Translations under genes and position numbers: made by a program
Shown: positions 9,934 through 19,500 of the stretch, in pieces
Position numbering within the stretch: position 1 is the stretch's first letter
Layout of the letters: every line of letters begins with the position of its first letter
Notes under the pieces: model-generated
Databases searched by the model: none
Seen by the model: only the letters and a program-made list of their open reading frames with translations
Told to the model about the DNA's origin: nothing
NCBI GenBank assembly: GCA_000092065.1
Contig: CP000581.1
Source: Ostreococcus lucimarinus
Taxonomy: Eukaryota
Reading direction: 5' to 3' (one strand)
Length of the DNA stretch: 64,000 nt

Positions 9934-10896
9934 CTAAAGTTTCGAGCGCGCGCGGATGACGTCGTCACCGCGCGCGGCGTCGAAGAAATCGAGCGCCGAG
10001 CGCGCCACGTCTCGAGGAATTTCCATCGGCGCCAAGTGGCCGTTATCCGGAAATTCAATCAGACGACCGTCGCGCACGGCGGCCGCGATCGCGGGAGCGA
10101 TGACCGCGGAATATATGGGCGACGCCCCGTCGGGCGTCGTCGACCTTCCTCGCGCGATGGCGACCGGGCACGCTATACTTTTCAACTCTCCGAACGCCGT
10201 CGTCTCCTTATCGCCCGCTCGATAGATACCAATCTCTGTCTCCGTCGAGCACGCCAACCGCACGCCGCCATCATCGTCCGGAACAAAACCGCCTTTATTC
10301 ACGTACGCGTCCAGCGCGTCTTCGCTCCAGGCGCTCATCGGCGGCTTGCTCTTATACGCGTTCAACGCCTCGGCCGCGTTCGCGAATCTCGCCCTTCGCC
10401 TCGACGCGCTCTTCACCATGTACGCCGTGCTCGCCATCAGCGGTGATCCCGGCGAGACGTCCAGCGTCGGCACATCGCTCGAAGAAACCACAAAAATCGG
10501 TTCGAACGCGTAAATCGCGCGAAACGTCCCGGGTCTGCGCGCCTCGCACATCAACAACGCGTGTCCGCCGCACGAGTGCCCGAACGCCGCGCATCGGTGC
10601 AACCCGAGCGCGGTGACCACCGCCGCGCAATCGTCCGCGAGCGCACCCCACGTCAGCGCATCGACGCTCACGGCGTCGCTCGCGCCGTGCCCGCGGAAAT
10701 CGAGCGCGTAGCACGCGTAGCCGCGGTCGCAGAGCGCGCGCGCGAGCGGCTCGAAGACACCGCCGTGAAAGCCGTTCGCGTGCGCGAGCACCACCTTGGG
10801 GGCGCGCTCGCGCGCGACGTCGCGCGAGAGCGCGCGCGGGAGGTACTCGCGCACGTGCACGCCCGCGCCGTCGGCGGACGTCACGCGCGACGACAT
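9934..10896 (-). CDS. alpha/beta-hydrolase fold protein
   Basis: 320-aa ORF with a nucleophile elbow GHSCGG, an HGG oxyanion-like motif (HANGFHGG) and the overall alpha/beta-hydrolase pattern. Confidence 0.65.
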   Translation of the reverse strand: MSSRVTSADGAGVHVREYLPRALSRDVARERAPKVVLAHANGFHGGVFEPLARALCDRGYACYALDFRGHGASDAVSVDALTWGALADDCAAVVTALGLHRCAAFGHSCGGHALLMCEARRPGTFRAIYAFEPIFVVSSSDVPTLDVSPGSPLMASTAYMVKSASRRRARFANAAEALNAYKSKPPMSAWSEDALDAYVNKGGFVPDDDGGVRLACSTETEIGIYRAGDKETTAFGELKSIACPVAIARGRSTTPDGASPIYSAVIAPAIAAAVRDGRLIEFPDNGHLAPMEIPRDVARSALDFFDAARGDDVIRARSKL

Positions 10897-11181
10897 CTGC
10901 GGCGCCGTGCGGTTGGCGTCACGTATAAAGGCACATAAAACCCCATCATTTCAAGGGGACCGAAGTGGTCGTTTGAAATCGAAGCGCTTCGCGCGCGCGC
11001 CGCACTCACCGACGCGACGCGGTCGTGCTTCGCGCGCGCGCACGCGCTCCCAAACTTCTTTCGCGCGCGTGCGTTCGTCGCGCTCGGCGCGCGAGGCGCG
11101 GGACGCGACGAGACGCGACGAGACGCGTCGTGAAAATTTGAATTCGAGACGCCGCGCGGGACGCCGCGGCTCACGCGCGCG

Positions 11182-12081
11182 ATGACGCTGTCGCGCATCG
11201 ATGAGACGGCGACCCAGCGCGTGGGGTCGCTGGAAGTCATTTTCGGCCCGATGTTCAGCGGGAAGTCCACGGAACTGCAGCGACGATTGCGCAGGCACAC
11301 GATGGCGAGTCGACGCGTGCTCGTGGTGAAGTACGCGGGAGATAACAGATACGACGACGCGGTCGGGACGACGACGGCGGCGGTGACGCACGATTTGGCG
11401 ACGATGCCGGCGCTGCCGACGAAAGATTTGAGGAATATCGATAACGTGGCGCACAATTACGACGTGATCGGAATCGACGAGGGACAGTTTTTCGACGACG
11501 TCGCCGCGTTTTGCGAAAAGTGGGCGCACGCGGGTAAGACTGTCATTGTCGCGGCGCTCGACGCGACGTTTCAGCGCAAGCCGTTCAATTCGGTGCTTCA
11601 ACTGGTGCCGTTGGCAGAAAATGTGACCAAGTTGACGGCGGTGTGCACGGATTGCGCGGCGGATGCCGCTTTCACGGCGCGCACGACAAAGGAGACGAGC
11701 GTCGAACTCATCGGCGGGGCGTCGCAGTACAAGGCGGTGTGCCGGGCGTGTTACGGTAAGTACGCGGCCGAGGCGCACGAAAACGGTGCAACGGAGGCTG
11801 CTGCGACGACGACAGTGACGCCGCTTGCGAAACGCGTGGCGGATCGCATGAGCGAACTTAGCTTGAAAACGCCCGCACCGACGGATGGCTCGTTCACTTT
11901 CGCCACGCCAGCGACGCCCAATCTGGGACGCGCGACGAGTCAAAAAGTCGAAAATGTGGACGGGTCGGTGTTAAAGAGCGCCAAGAAGTCGCGAGGCTTC
12001 GGCGGGCCGGGACGCTCGCCGTTAAACGACTTCATCACCGGCGCTGGTTTCCATCGTTCGCCGCTCAGCACTCTGAGGTAG
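11182..12081 (+). CDS. TK: thymidine kinase (TK1 type) with ~100-aa Ala/Thr/Ser-rich C-terminal extension
   Basis: P-loop GPMFSGKSTEL, the VIGIDEGQFF and VIVAALDATFQRKPF motifs, and the C-terminal zinc ribbon CTDC...CRAC identify it. ATG at 11182 checked, and a TGTAA sits 48 bp after the stop. Confidence 0.9.
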   Translation: MTLSRIDETATQRVGSLEVIFGPMFSGKSTELQRRLRRHTMASRRVLVVKYAGDNRYDDAVGTTTAAVTHDLATMPALPTKDLRNIDNVAHNYDVIGIDEGQFFDDVAAFCEKWAHAGKTVIVAALDATFQRKPFNSVLQLVPLAENVTKLTAVCTDCAADAAFTARTTKETSVELIGGASQYKAVCRACYGKYAAEAHENGATEAAATTTVTPLAKRVADRMSELSLKTPAPTDGSFTFATPATPNLGRATSQKVENVDGSVLKSAKKSRGFGGPGRSPLNDFITGAGFHRSPLSTLR

Positions 12082-12128
12082 TCTGCGCGCGACGACGATG
12101 GTTTATTAGACTTAAATCCCGCCTCGCG

Positions 12129-12133
12129 CTGTA
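12129..12133 (+). terminator. TGTAA putative polyadenylation signal 48 bp after the thymidine kinase stop
   Basis: GCGCTGTAAAGTACG lies in the AT-richer convergent spacer 12082..12193. Confidence 0.35.
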
Positions 12134-12193
12134 AAGTACGCGAGTAGCAAGTTTGTAGAACGCTATTAGTCTCTCATCACACTCTCGTCACAA

Positions 12194-14119
12194 CTAGTTT
12201 CTAAAACGATCCCCGAGCCCACCCCCGGCGCGCTTCAACATTTCTTCGGGTTTCAACTGCCCAGGCTTCTTCAGCTTGAGATCGGTGTCACGGTCGAACG
12301 GTCGATACTCCCAGTTCGTACCATCGTTCGGATCGTCCCTCTTCTTATCCCTGTCCTTTTCCTTTTTATCCTTCTTGTCCTTTTTTTCTCGCTTCGTAGA
12401 TTCACGTTGCCTCTCTTGGTGAATTTCCACTAACGATTTAGACCGTCGAGTCGCGTTGAACTCTTCGACTAAACGCTTCGTCTCTTCCTCCTTTGCCTTC
12501 GCCGCGGGCAATGCGTATTGCTGTTCTTGAGCTTGTAAAAATAGCTGTTTCTCGCGTTCAGCCGCTTGTTGTGGCGTGTCTGTCCACGCTGCTTCCATTT
12601 CAGCCGTGCGCGCAACCTTTTCTGTTTTGGAAAACGCCGTGACATTCGCCGTCGGGGGTCCTTGGTTCGGACGCTTCTCCGGGGGTAGGTGCGTCATCCA
12701 CTCTTCTCTGGTGTTGCCGTCGTCTTTCGCCCCATCTAGCAACTCGTCGTCCCCGGGTAAGGGCGTACCCTTCATGCGGCGCCATGCCGCCTTTTCGCGC
12801 TCGCCGGCTAGCCACTGCTCAAACTCTTCGCGCTCGTTCGCCTCATTTCGCTTCGCATCCACAACTGCGCGTTGCGTTGGATCTGACAACGCGCTGTGCG
12901 CCTTTTTGATGGCGTCGAACGCATCCTTAGCGTCTTCGTGCGCGCACTTGTCCGGGTGCACCATGAGCGAAAGCTTCCAGTATTTCTTCTTGATAAAGCC
13001 TGCGGTATCTTCCGGAGAAACACCAAGTATGTCGTACGCATCGCCCCCGCGCCTCAGCGTACGCACAAGTCGCATGGCACACGCTTCCCGACTCTCATCA
13101 CTCGTACTCTCCATTTCGGCGACAAGTTCTGGAGGTGGCGGCCCGAATGTGACATCAAACGCTAAATCCGCCGCAGCGGCCTCAAGCATACTTTTCGGCG
13201 GCGCCATTGGTCCGAGAACACGCTTCGCCGACAAGTCCGTGTCAGCACCGCTCGTGACCGGCGGTGGGCGCGAGCTGGGACCGATGTCTGCGCTCGCTGA
13301 GGCCGGCGGCCTCTGCGTGGGACCCGGCGCAGAAGGTTTGGGCTCATCTCGCTCACTATCACTTTCGCGCTCGGCCATGAATGCGTGCGCTTCTTCGCCA
13401 GTCAAAACCTGTATTTCCGTCGACGGTTTCGCATTCGCGCGCTTCGCCGCTCTGGCCTCGTCCTTTTTCGCCTTCGCCGCGGCGACGACTTCGGGATCGA
13501 GTCCGAGCCAAGGCTCGCGAGCGCGCGACAGACTCGCCAACGCGTCCGGTGTCTCGTCGAAGACCGCACCGAATCTACTAGACAAACTCAAATCACCATC
13601 ACCGAGCGCCCACGCCCCGGTCTTGGACGATCTCACCAAGCACGCGTTATCAAAGAAATACTCCAAGTATTTCCGCACGCGCTCGTCGGCGACGCCCGCC
13701 GTGGCCACCCCTCGTCCACCATCCACCGCGCGCAGCAGCTCCCTAAAGCTCTCGCGTTCGCTCGGAAATTTCGCGAGCATGTGCCTCAACGCCTCCGCCG
13801 CGTCCCTTCCCCTCGATACTTGTTCCCGAACGCTTCGCCGCTCGTCCCGCTCGTCGCTCGACGACGCGCTCGACGACGTCCCGCTCGACGACGTCCCATC
13901 CCGTCGCCGCCGTTTCGTCCCTCGCTCCCGCTCGCGTTTCCTCTTTTTCTCCTTGCTCGTCTTCTTTCTCTTCTTCTTCTCCTTCTTCCGCCGTCGCCGT
14001 TCGTCGTCGTCGTCGTCGTCGCCGCCGCGAAGTTTCTCTCTTTGATGCGCCGCGTACGCCGCGTTCAGCGCTTGCACGCTCGTCAGCGCCGCGGACAGCT
14101 GCGGATGATTCCCCACCAT
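12194..14119 (-). CDS. J-domain (DnaJ) protein with K/R/E-rich low-complexity regions
   Basis: A J-domain is present (DAYDILGVSPEDTAGFIKKKYWKLSLMVHPDKCAHEDAKDAFDAIKKAHSALSD). The N-terminal 186 codons of the long ORF (to 14677) begin at a non-ATG start and run antisense to the YggS gene, so the start was set at the internal ATG 14119 (MVGNHPQL). A poly-D/K/R/E tract (DDDDDDERRRRKKEKKKRKK) follows. Confidence 0.7.
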   Translation of the reverse strand: MVGNHPQLSAALTSVQALNAAYAAHQREKLRGGDDDDDDERRRRKKEKKKRKKTSKEKKRKRERERGTKRRRRDGTSSSGTSSSASSSDERDERRSVREQVSRGRDAAEALRHMLAKFPSERESFRELLRAVDGGRGVATAGVADERVRKYLEYFFDNACLVRSSKTGAWALGDGDLSLSSRFGAVFDETPDALASLSRAREPWLGLDPEVVAAAKAKKDEARAAKRANAKPSTEIQVLTGEEAHAFMAERESDSERDEPKPSAPGPTQRPPASASADIGPSSRPPPVTSGADTDLSAKRVLGPMAPPKSMLEAAAADLAFDVTFGPPPPELVAEMESTSDESREACAMRLVRTLRRGGDAYDILGVSPEDTAGFIKKKYWKLSLMVHPDKCAHEDAKDAFDAIKKAHSALSDPTQRAVVDAKRNEANEREEFEQWLAGEREKAAWRRMKGTPLPGDDELLDGAKDDGNTREEWMTHLPPEKRPNQGPPTANVTAFSKTEKVARTAEMEAAWTDTPQQAAEREKQLFLQAQEQQYALPAAKAKEEETKRLVEEFNATRRSKSLVEIHQERQRESTKREKKDKKDKKEKDRDKKRDDPNDGTNWEYRPFDRDTDLKLKKPGQLKPEEMLKRAGGGLGDRFRN

Positions 14120-14215
14120 CGCGCGCGTGCGTTCGCGCGCGCGCGCGTCGCGCAGTACCGCCGGCGTCGGCGAATCGCGCGCGTCGCGCGGCATTCGTCG
14201 TCGCGCCCGAGCGCC

Positions 14216-14935
14216 ATGGTCATGGCGTCGCAAACCGCGCGTCAACTCAGCGACGTCGTCGCGCGCGTCGCCAGCGCCGCGGCGAAGGCGAACCGCGCGC
14301 AGGGCGCCGTGCGCTTGGTCGCGGTGAGCAAAACGAAACCCGTGGAACAGCTCAAGGAGTGCTACGACGCGGGACATCGCGACTTCGGTGAAAACTACGT
14401 GCAAGAGATGATCGAAAAAGTGCCGCGCATGCCCGAAGACACGCGCTGGCACTTCATCGGACACCTGCAGAGCAATAAATGTAAGGCCCTGCTCGAGGCG
14501 TGCCCGCGGCTGGCGATGCTGGAGACGGTGGACAGCGCGAAGCTGGCGAATAAGCTGAACGCGGCGGTGCCGGAGGGGCGCGTCGACGCGCTGCGAGTGC
14601 TGGTGCAGGTGAATACGAGCGGGGAAGCGTCGAAACACGGCGTCGAACCGGGTGATTGCGTGACGCTGGCGAAACACATCGTGAGCGAGTGCCCGCGGTT
14701 GAAGTTTGCGGGATTGATGACGATCGGGATGCCGGATTACACGAGCAAGCCGGAAAATTTCGAGACGCTGCGCAAGTGCCGGGAAGAGGTGTGCGCGGCG
14801 CTCGGGATGAGCGAGAGCGAGTGTGAGTTGAGCATGGGGATGAGCGGGGATTTCGAAGCGGCGATAGCGATGGGGAGCACGAACGTGCGCGTGGGGAGCA
14901 CGATCTTCGGTGCGCGGGATTACTCTAAGAAATAG
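14216..14935 (+). CDS. PLPBP: YggS/PLPBP (PROSC) family pyridoxal-phosphate-binding protein
   Basis: The 239-aa C-terminal part of ORF 13385..14935 has the alanine-racemase-N-like fold family motif VRLVAVSKTKP (PLP-binding Lys) and HFIGHLQSNK. The upstream 277 codons are low-complexity and antisense to the J-domain gene, so the start was set at ATG 14216. Confidence 0.85.
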   Translation: MVMASQTARQLSDVVARVASAAAKANRAQGAVRLVAVSKTKPVEQLKECYDAGHRDFGENYVQEMIEKVPRMPEDTRWHFIGHLQSNKCKALLEACPRLAMLETVDSAKLANKLNAAVPEGRVDALRVLVQVNTSGEASKHGVEPGDCVTLAKHIVSECPRLKFAGLMTIGMPDYTSKPENFETLRKCREEVCAALGMSESECELSMGMSGDFEAAIAMGSTNVRVGSTIFGARDYSKK

Positions 14936-15046
14936 TCGCGACGCTCTCGCGCGCGCTTTTTAATTCTTCGCTTGCATTCTTTTTACGTTGTTCGCCGCAC
15001 TTCCAGCCTCGGCGACGCGCGCGCGGAGGTCGGCGCGCGCGCGCGC

Positions 15047-15254
15047 GATGGCTGGTAAGTCCAACGCTCCCATCGCGCTCGCGCTCGCCGCGTTCGCGAG
15101 CGCGACGTTCGCGTTCCCGCTGTGGTACTGCTACGCCCCGAGCAAACCGATGTGGACGCAGGACGAGAGTCTGAGCGTGGCGGCGGTGCGACGAGGGGCG
15201 TTCATGAACAGCGGATCGCGAGACGTCGGACTCGATCGAGGGAAACCGGCGTGA
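15047..15254 (+). CDS. small hypothetical single-pass membrane protein (68 aa)
   Basis: ATG 15047 gives MAGKSNAPIALALAAFASATFAFPLWYCYAP, a hydrophobic helix, then a polar tail. Two TGTAA pentamers lie 51 and 69 bp downstream of the stop. Confidence 0.3.
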
Positions 15255-15304
15255 GCGTCGATGGACGGCGACAGGGTAAGGTACGGCGAGGTACGGCGAC
15301 AGGT

Positions 15305-15327
15305 GTAAAGTAGGCGAGAGGTGTAAA
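15305..15327 (+). terminator. pair of TGTAA putative polyadenylation signals downstream of the small ORF 15047..15254
   Basis: GGTGTAAAG and GGTGTAAAAAC lie 51 and 69 bp after the stop. TGTAA is the known poly(A) signal of green algae. Confidence 0.4.
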
Positions 15328-15407
15328 AACAAAAAAAATTGAAATCAACGACAACGGGTCTGTCTACTGTCCTAACGAAGAGATTCCGCGCGCATTCGAT
15401 CGCTCGG

Positions 15408-16457
15408 TCATTCGCCCGCGGCGGCGATGACACCCGCCACGATGGCGGCGACGGCGCCCGCCGACGCGACGCGAAGCTCGGGATCGAAGACGCTCTTGCC
15501 GTGCTCCGCCGCCTTGGAGATGGCTGGGTCGAGTGGAACTTTACCCAGAAACGGCACGTTGAACTGCGCGCACATGGCTTCGGCGCCGCCTTTCGAGGGC
15601 GCAAATACGTCCGTGCGCGCGCTGAGCGAATCCGCGAGCTCGGGCGCGTGCGTCGCCAAAAGCTCGCGCACGCGACTCGTCTCATCCGCGCCCGTGTCCT
15701 CGTTCACGAACGACATCTCGCGCATGGGCACGCGAAGTCCGGACATGTTTTCCACCACCCCCAAAACCTTGATGCCGGTCTTTTTGCAAAAGTTGAGCTC
15801 CTTGCGCACGTCCGCCACCGCCACCTCTTGCGGCGTCGTCACCACCAGCGCGCCGTCCACGCCCGCCTCCTTCAAATACTGCACCACGCTCAAGTGCTCG
15901 TCCGACGTCCCGGGCGGCGCGTCGACGATCAAGTAATCCAGCTCCCCCCACTCCGTGTCCGCCAAGAACTGCTTGATCAAACCATTCTTCCTCGGCCCTC
16001 GCCAAATCACCGCGTCGTCTCGATTCGGCAGCATGAACCCGATCGACATCACCGCCAGATTCTCCTCCACGTACACCGGCGACCACCCAGAGTTACTCTT
16101 GTGCACCTCCGCCTCCGCGTCGCCGCACATCGTCGGCACCGACGGTCCGCAGATGTCCACGTCCAGCAGTCCAACCTCTTTCCCTCGTCCCGCGAGCCCG
16201 AACGCCAACTGCGCCGCGAACGTGCTCTTCCCGACCCCGCCCTTGCCGCTCAGCACCAATATCTTTCGCCGCACCCCGCGCAGGCGCTCGGCGACGCGCG
16301 TCGCGTCCGCGTCGGTGCCCTCGCGCGCTTTCGCCGCCTCGCCCGACGCGCACGCCGCGCGATTGGGACACCCCGCGCACGACGCCTCGCGCCCGGCGCG
16401 CGCGCTCGCGGTTCCCGGGCACGCCTCCGGCGCGTTCTCGGGCCTGTCGTCCGCCAT
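15408..16457 (-). CDS. NBP35: cytosolic Fe-S cluster assembly P-loop ATPase NBP35 (Mrp/NBP35 family)
   Basis: N-terminal 4-Cys ferredoxin-like motif ([27 protein letters not shown]), Walker [15 protein letters not shown] and the Mrp/ParA signature. The start was set at the internal ATG 16457 ([13 protein letters not shown]), because the longer ORF to 17045 starts at a non-ATG codon and would overlap the divergent neighbour. Confidence 0.85.
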   Translation of the reverse strand: MADDRPENAPEACPGTASARAGREASCAGCPNRAACASGEAAKAREGTDADATRVAERLRGVRRKILVLSGKGGVGKSTFAAQLAFGLAGRGKEVGLLDVDICGPSVPTMCGDAEAEVHKSNSGWSPVYVEENLAVMSIGFMLPNRDDAVIWRGPRKNGLIKQFLADTEWGELDYLIVDAPPGTSDEHLSVVQYLKEAGVDGALVVTTPQEVAVADVRKELNFCKKTGIKVLGVVENMSGLRVPMREMSFVNEDTGADETSRVRELLATHAPELADSLSARTDVFAPSKGGAEAMCAQFNVPFLGKVPLDPAISKAAEHGKSVFDPELRVASAGAVAAIVAGVIAAAGE

Positions 16458-16599
16458 CGTCGCGCGCGGCGACGCGACGCGCGCGCGAGTGCGGCGGACG
16501 GCGCCGACCTCCAGCGCAACACCATCCGGAAGAAAACGCGGCAGAAGCGCGCGCGCAGCGTCGGCCGCTCGAGCGCGCGGCGCTCGAGCCGCGCGCGCG

Positions 16600-19500
16600 A
16601 TGACGGACAACGCGCACGCGCACGCGCGGCGCGGCCGCGCGAGCGAAGACGCGAACGAGCGCGCGAGGACGGCGCGACGAAGCGTCGATGCGTGGGCGAT
16701 GCACGACGCGGCGAGACCGCTCGACGGCGCCGTGGGCGACGCGAATCGCGAGCGTCGGGCGTCGGGAAGCGAGACGACGTCGGTGACGCTATCCGTCGGC
16801 GATGGACGCGCGCGAACGGGCGAGGGAGGGGCGCCGCGAGCGCCGCCGGGGGCGTTCGCGATGCAATCGCGCGCGCTCGCGGAGGAGGAAAAACGCGTGT
16901 ACGAGACGAGACGGACGTCGTGGGAGGCGCTGGCGCGCGAAGCGCGCGAAAAATGCGCGCAAGGGACGCTGCGGGACGTGTGGTTGCGCGAAAGGCTGTC
17001 GAACATCACGAGAAAGACGCACGAGGGGGAGCGGACGGCGCTCATGACTGATTACTTCGCCGACGCGGACGATCGCGTGGCGGTGGAGGGAGTTGATGGC
17101 GTGCGAAGAGGGATGACGCATCGTGAATTGCGAGTTTTGATCGATCGAGTGTGTGAAAAAGATATGCCCGAGTGGGGCGTGCGCGCGCACGGTGGGAGAA
17201 TCGCGGTGGTGGTGCCAAACGGGCCCGAACTCATGACTTCTTTGATGTGCGTGTTGCAGCGACACTGCGCGGTGCCCATCAATCCGGTGACGACGCAAGA
17301 GGAGATTGAAGAAGAGCTGTTGAATACGAACGCGAAAGTGTTGTTGTATCAACGTGACGGGGGTAAGGGCGATGTTAAGATGCGTCGGTTGTGCAAGAAG
17401 CTCAAGTTGACGCCTTTGATCATCACGCCGAGCCCGACAGTGGCGGGCGATTTCACTCTCATCGGCGATCCGTACGGCTTAGCCACAGAAGAGGACTCGG
17501 CTGGGAACGACATCGAGCTCATGCAAGCCGACCGCTTGGCTTTGATTCTACACACGTCTGGGAGCACGGGGAAAAAGAAGGTTGTTCCCATTGCGATGTC
17601 GCAAATCCTTATCGGCGCCGCCGCCATCGCGGCGTCTTGCGGCTTGAATGAAGACGATATTTGCTGCAACTTCATGCCGTTGTTCCACGTCGGAGGTATC
17701 TTAAGAAATGTACTGGCGCCAATCATGTCCGGTGGATCCACGGTTGCTATGCCTTTCTTCGATGTCGACAACTTTTGGGAAGTCCTCGAGAGCAAAAAGT
17801 GCACGTGGTACTACGGCGCGCCGACTATGCACATGCTCATCGTAAAGTCCGCGGAAACCATGGCGAAGAACGACAAGGGATCAGTAAAGACATGTGTGAG
17901 GTTTGTCGCCAACGCTGCGGGCCCGTTACAACCGGCGACCGCGACGGAACTTCGACGCTTGTTCAACAACGCCTCGGTTTTGCCTTCGTACGGTATGACG
18001 GAGTGCATGCCTATCTCGTGCCCGCCCATGGGATACGCGTTAGAGCGCCCGGGGACTTCTGGTCGATCAATCGGGCCGGAAATCGGCATCATAGACGATA
18101 GCGGTAATCTTTGCCCTTCTGGTGCGGTTGGGAACATCATGGTGCGTGGCCCTCTCGTGTTGACCGGGTACGAGGGCGAAGCGCCCGGTTCGAGCGGATT
18201 TGAGCCGGGAGGCTGGTTTAACACTGGCGACATGGGTAGGATGGATGATGATGGTTATTTGTACGTCACTGGTCGGACGAAAGAAGTCATTAATAGAGGA
18301 GGGGAAATCATCTCGCCGGTTGAGATTGAGGAAGCGCTCGCGTCGCTACCGGCAGTGTCTGAGTGCGTCGCCATCTCTGTCCCACACGGTACGCTTCAAG
18401 AAGTTGTTGGGGTCTTGGTTGTTCCAGTGAAAGGTGGACAAGTTCCCGGTATGCGGCAAATCGTACAGCACGTCGCCAAACGTTTGCCACCGTCCAAGTG
18501 GCCGCAGTGCCTTATTTTAGCGAGTGGCATTCCGAAGTCCATCACGGGAAAAGTGAGTCGCAGCGTGATCACTAGGCAGCTGCGACTACCTTCGCTCGAA
18601 GATGGTATGCGGGAGTTAGAAACAACGTTTGAAGCAGACTTTGCGGACAACGCCCTCTCTGGGGCACAGGCATTGAATGTAGACAACGCCTCGTCAGAAG
18701 TCGTGCAAGCGCTTCTTCTAGTGCCTGGCGTCAACGACGCCGGAGCTTGGATGGATAGCACCGGCTCAATCATCGCTGTCGTTACCCCGAAAACGCTCGA
18801 TGCGTCATCGGTGAGCTCGGCATCCACGCGTTACCTTCCTGGTTATCTTGAACCAAAGGAAATCTTGCCCGTGGCGTCAGTCCCACGAGATGCGCAAGGC
18901 GCCATCGAAGTTTCCAAAGTTTACGAAATGATGCGCCAAGATTTGACAGACGCTCCAGCGAACCCCAATCAAGAGCTTCTCGCGCATTTGTGGGGCGAAG
19001 TGCTCGGTACGGATTCGAGCATGATATCCATCAAGGATGATTTCTTCCTGAGCGGCGGCTCGTCCATTGCGGCGGGTCAACTCGCGGGTTTGATTCGCAA
19101 GAAGTTTGAAGTCAACATCACCGGAGCGGATATGTTCGAGCTTCGCACGATTCAAAGAATTGCGCAGATGATCGACAAGCGTACGAAGGAGGCGGAGAGC
19201 TCGGATAGTAAGCCGACGCACGCTCCACGACCCGTCGGCCCGGTTGACTGGGTCACGCCGAAGTCAAGCTTGGGCATCATCCCGAGCATCGTGCAGCTAA
19301 TGCCCTTGTACCTGATCAAGCCATTCTACAACATGGCACGTTGGGTTTTGTTCTTGATGTGCTGGTCGCACGTGTTCCACTACCTCGGTCCGAGCTTGCA
19401 TTGGATGAGGCGCGAGCACTTCATGGCTAAGGCTCAAAAGTTTGGCATGAATGAGGCGCATTCGCACTTTTACAGTACCGTGCAGCTTCTGTCGTTCTTC

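Noticed and set aside
15955-16599. A 215-codon N-terminal extension of the 1934-aa ORF, plus similar extensions at 44956..45846, 34187..35020, 13385..14215 and 12194..14677 (N-terminal part), would make giant proteins.
   Set aside because: These extensions begin at non-ATG codons, because the ORF track evidently uses TTG, GTG and CTG starts. They are low-complexity and lie exactly antisense to confidently identified genes. The first internal ATG in each case gives a protein of canonical length with a proper N-terminus.
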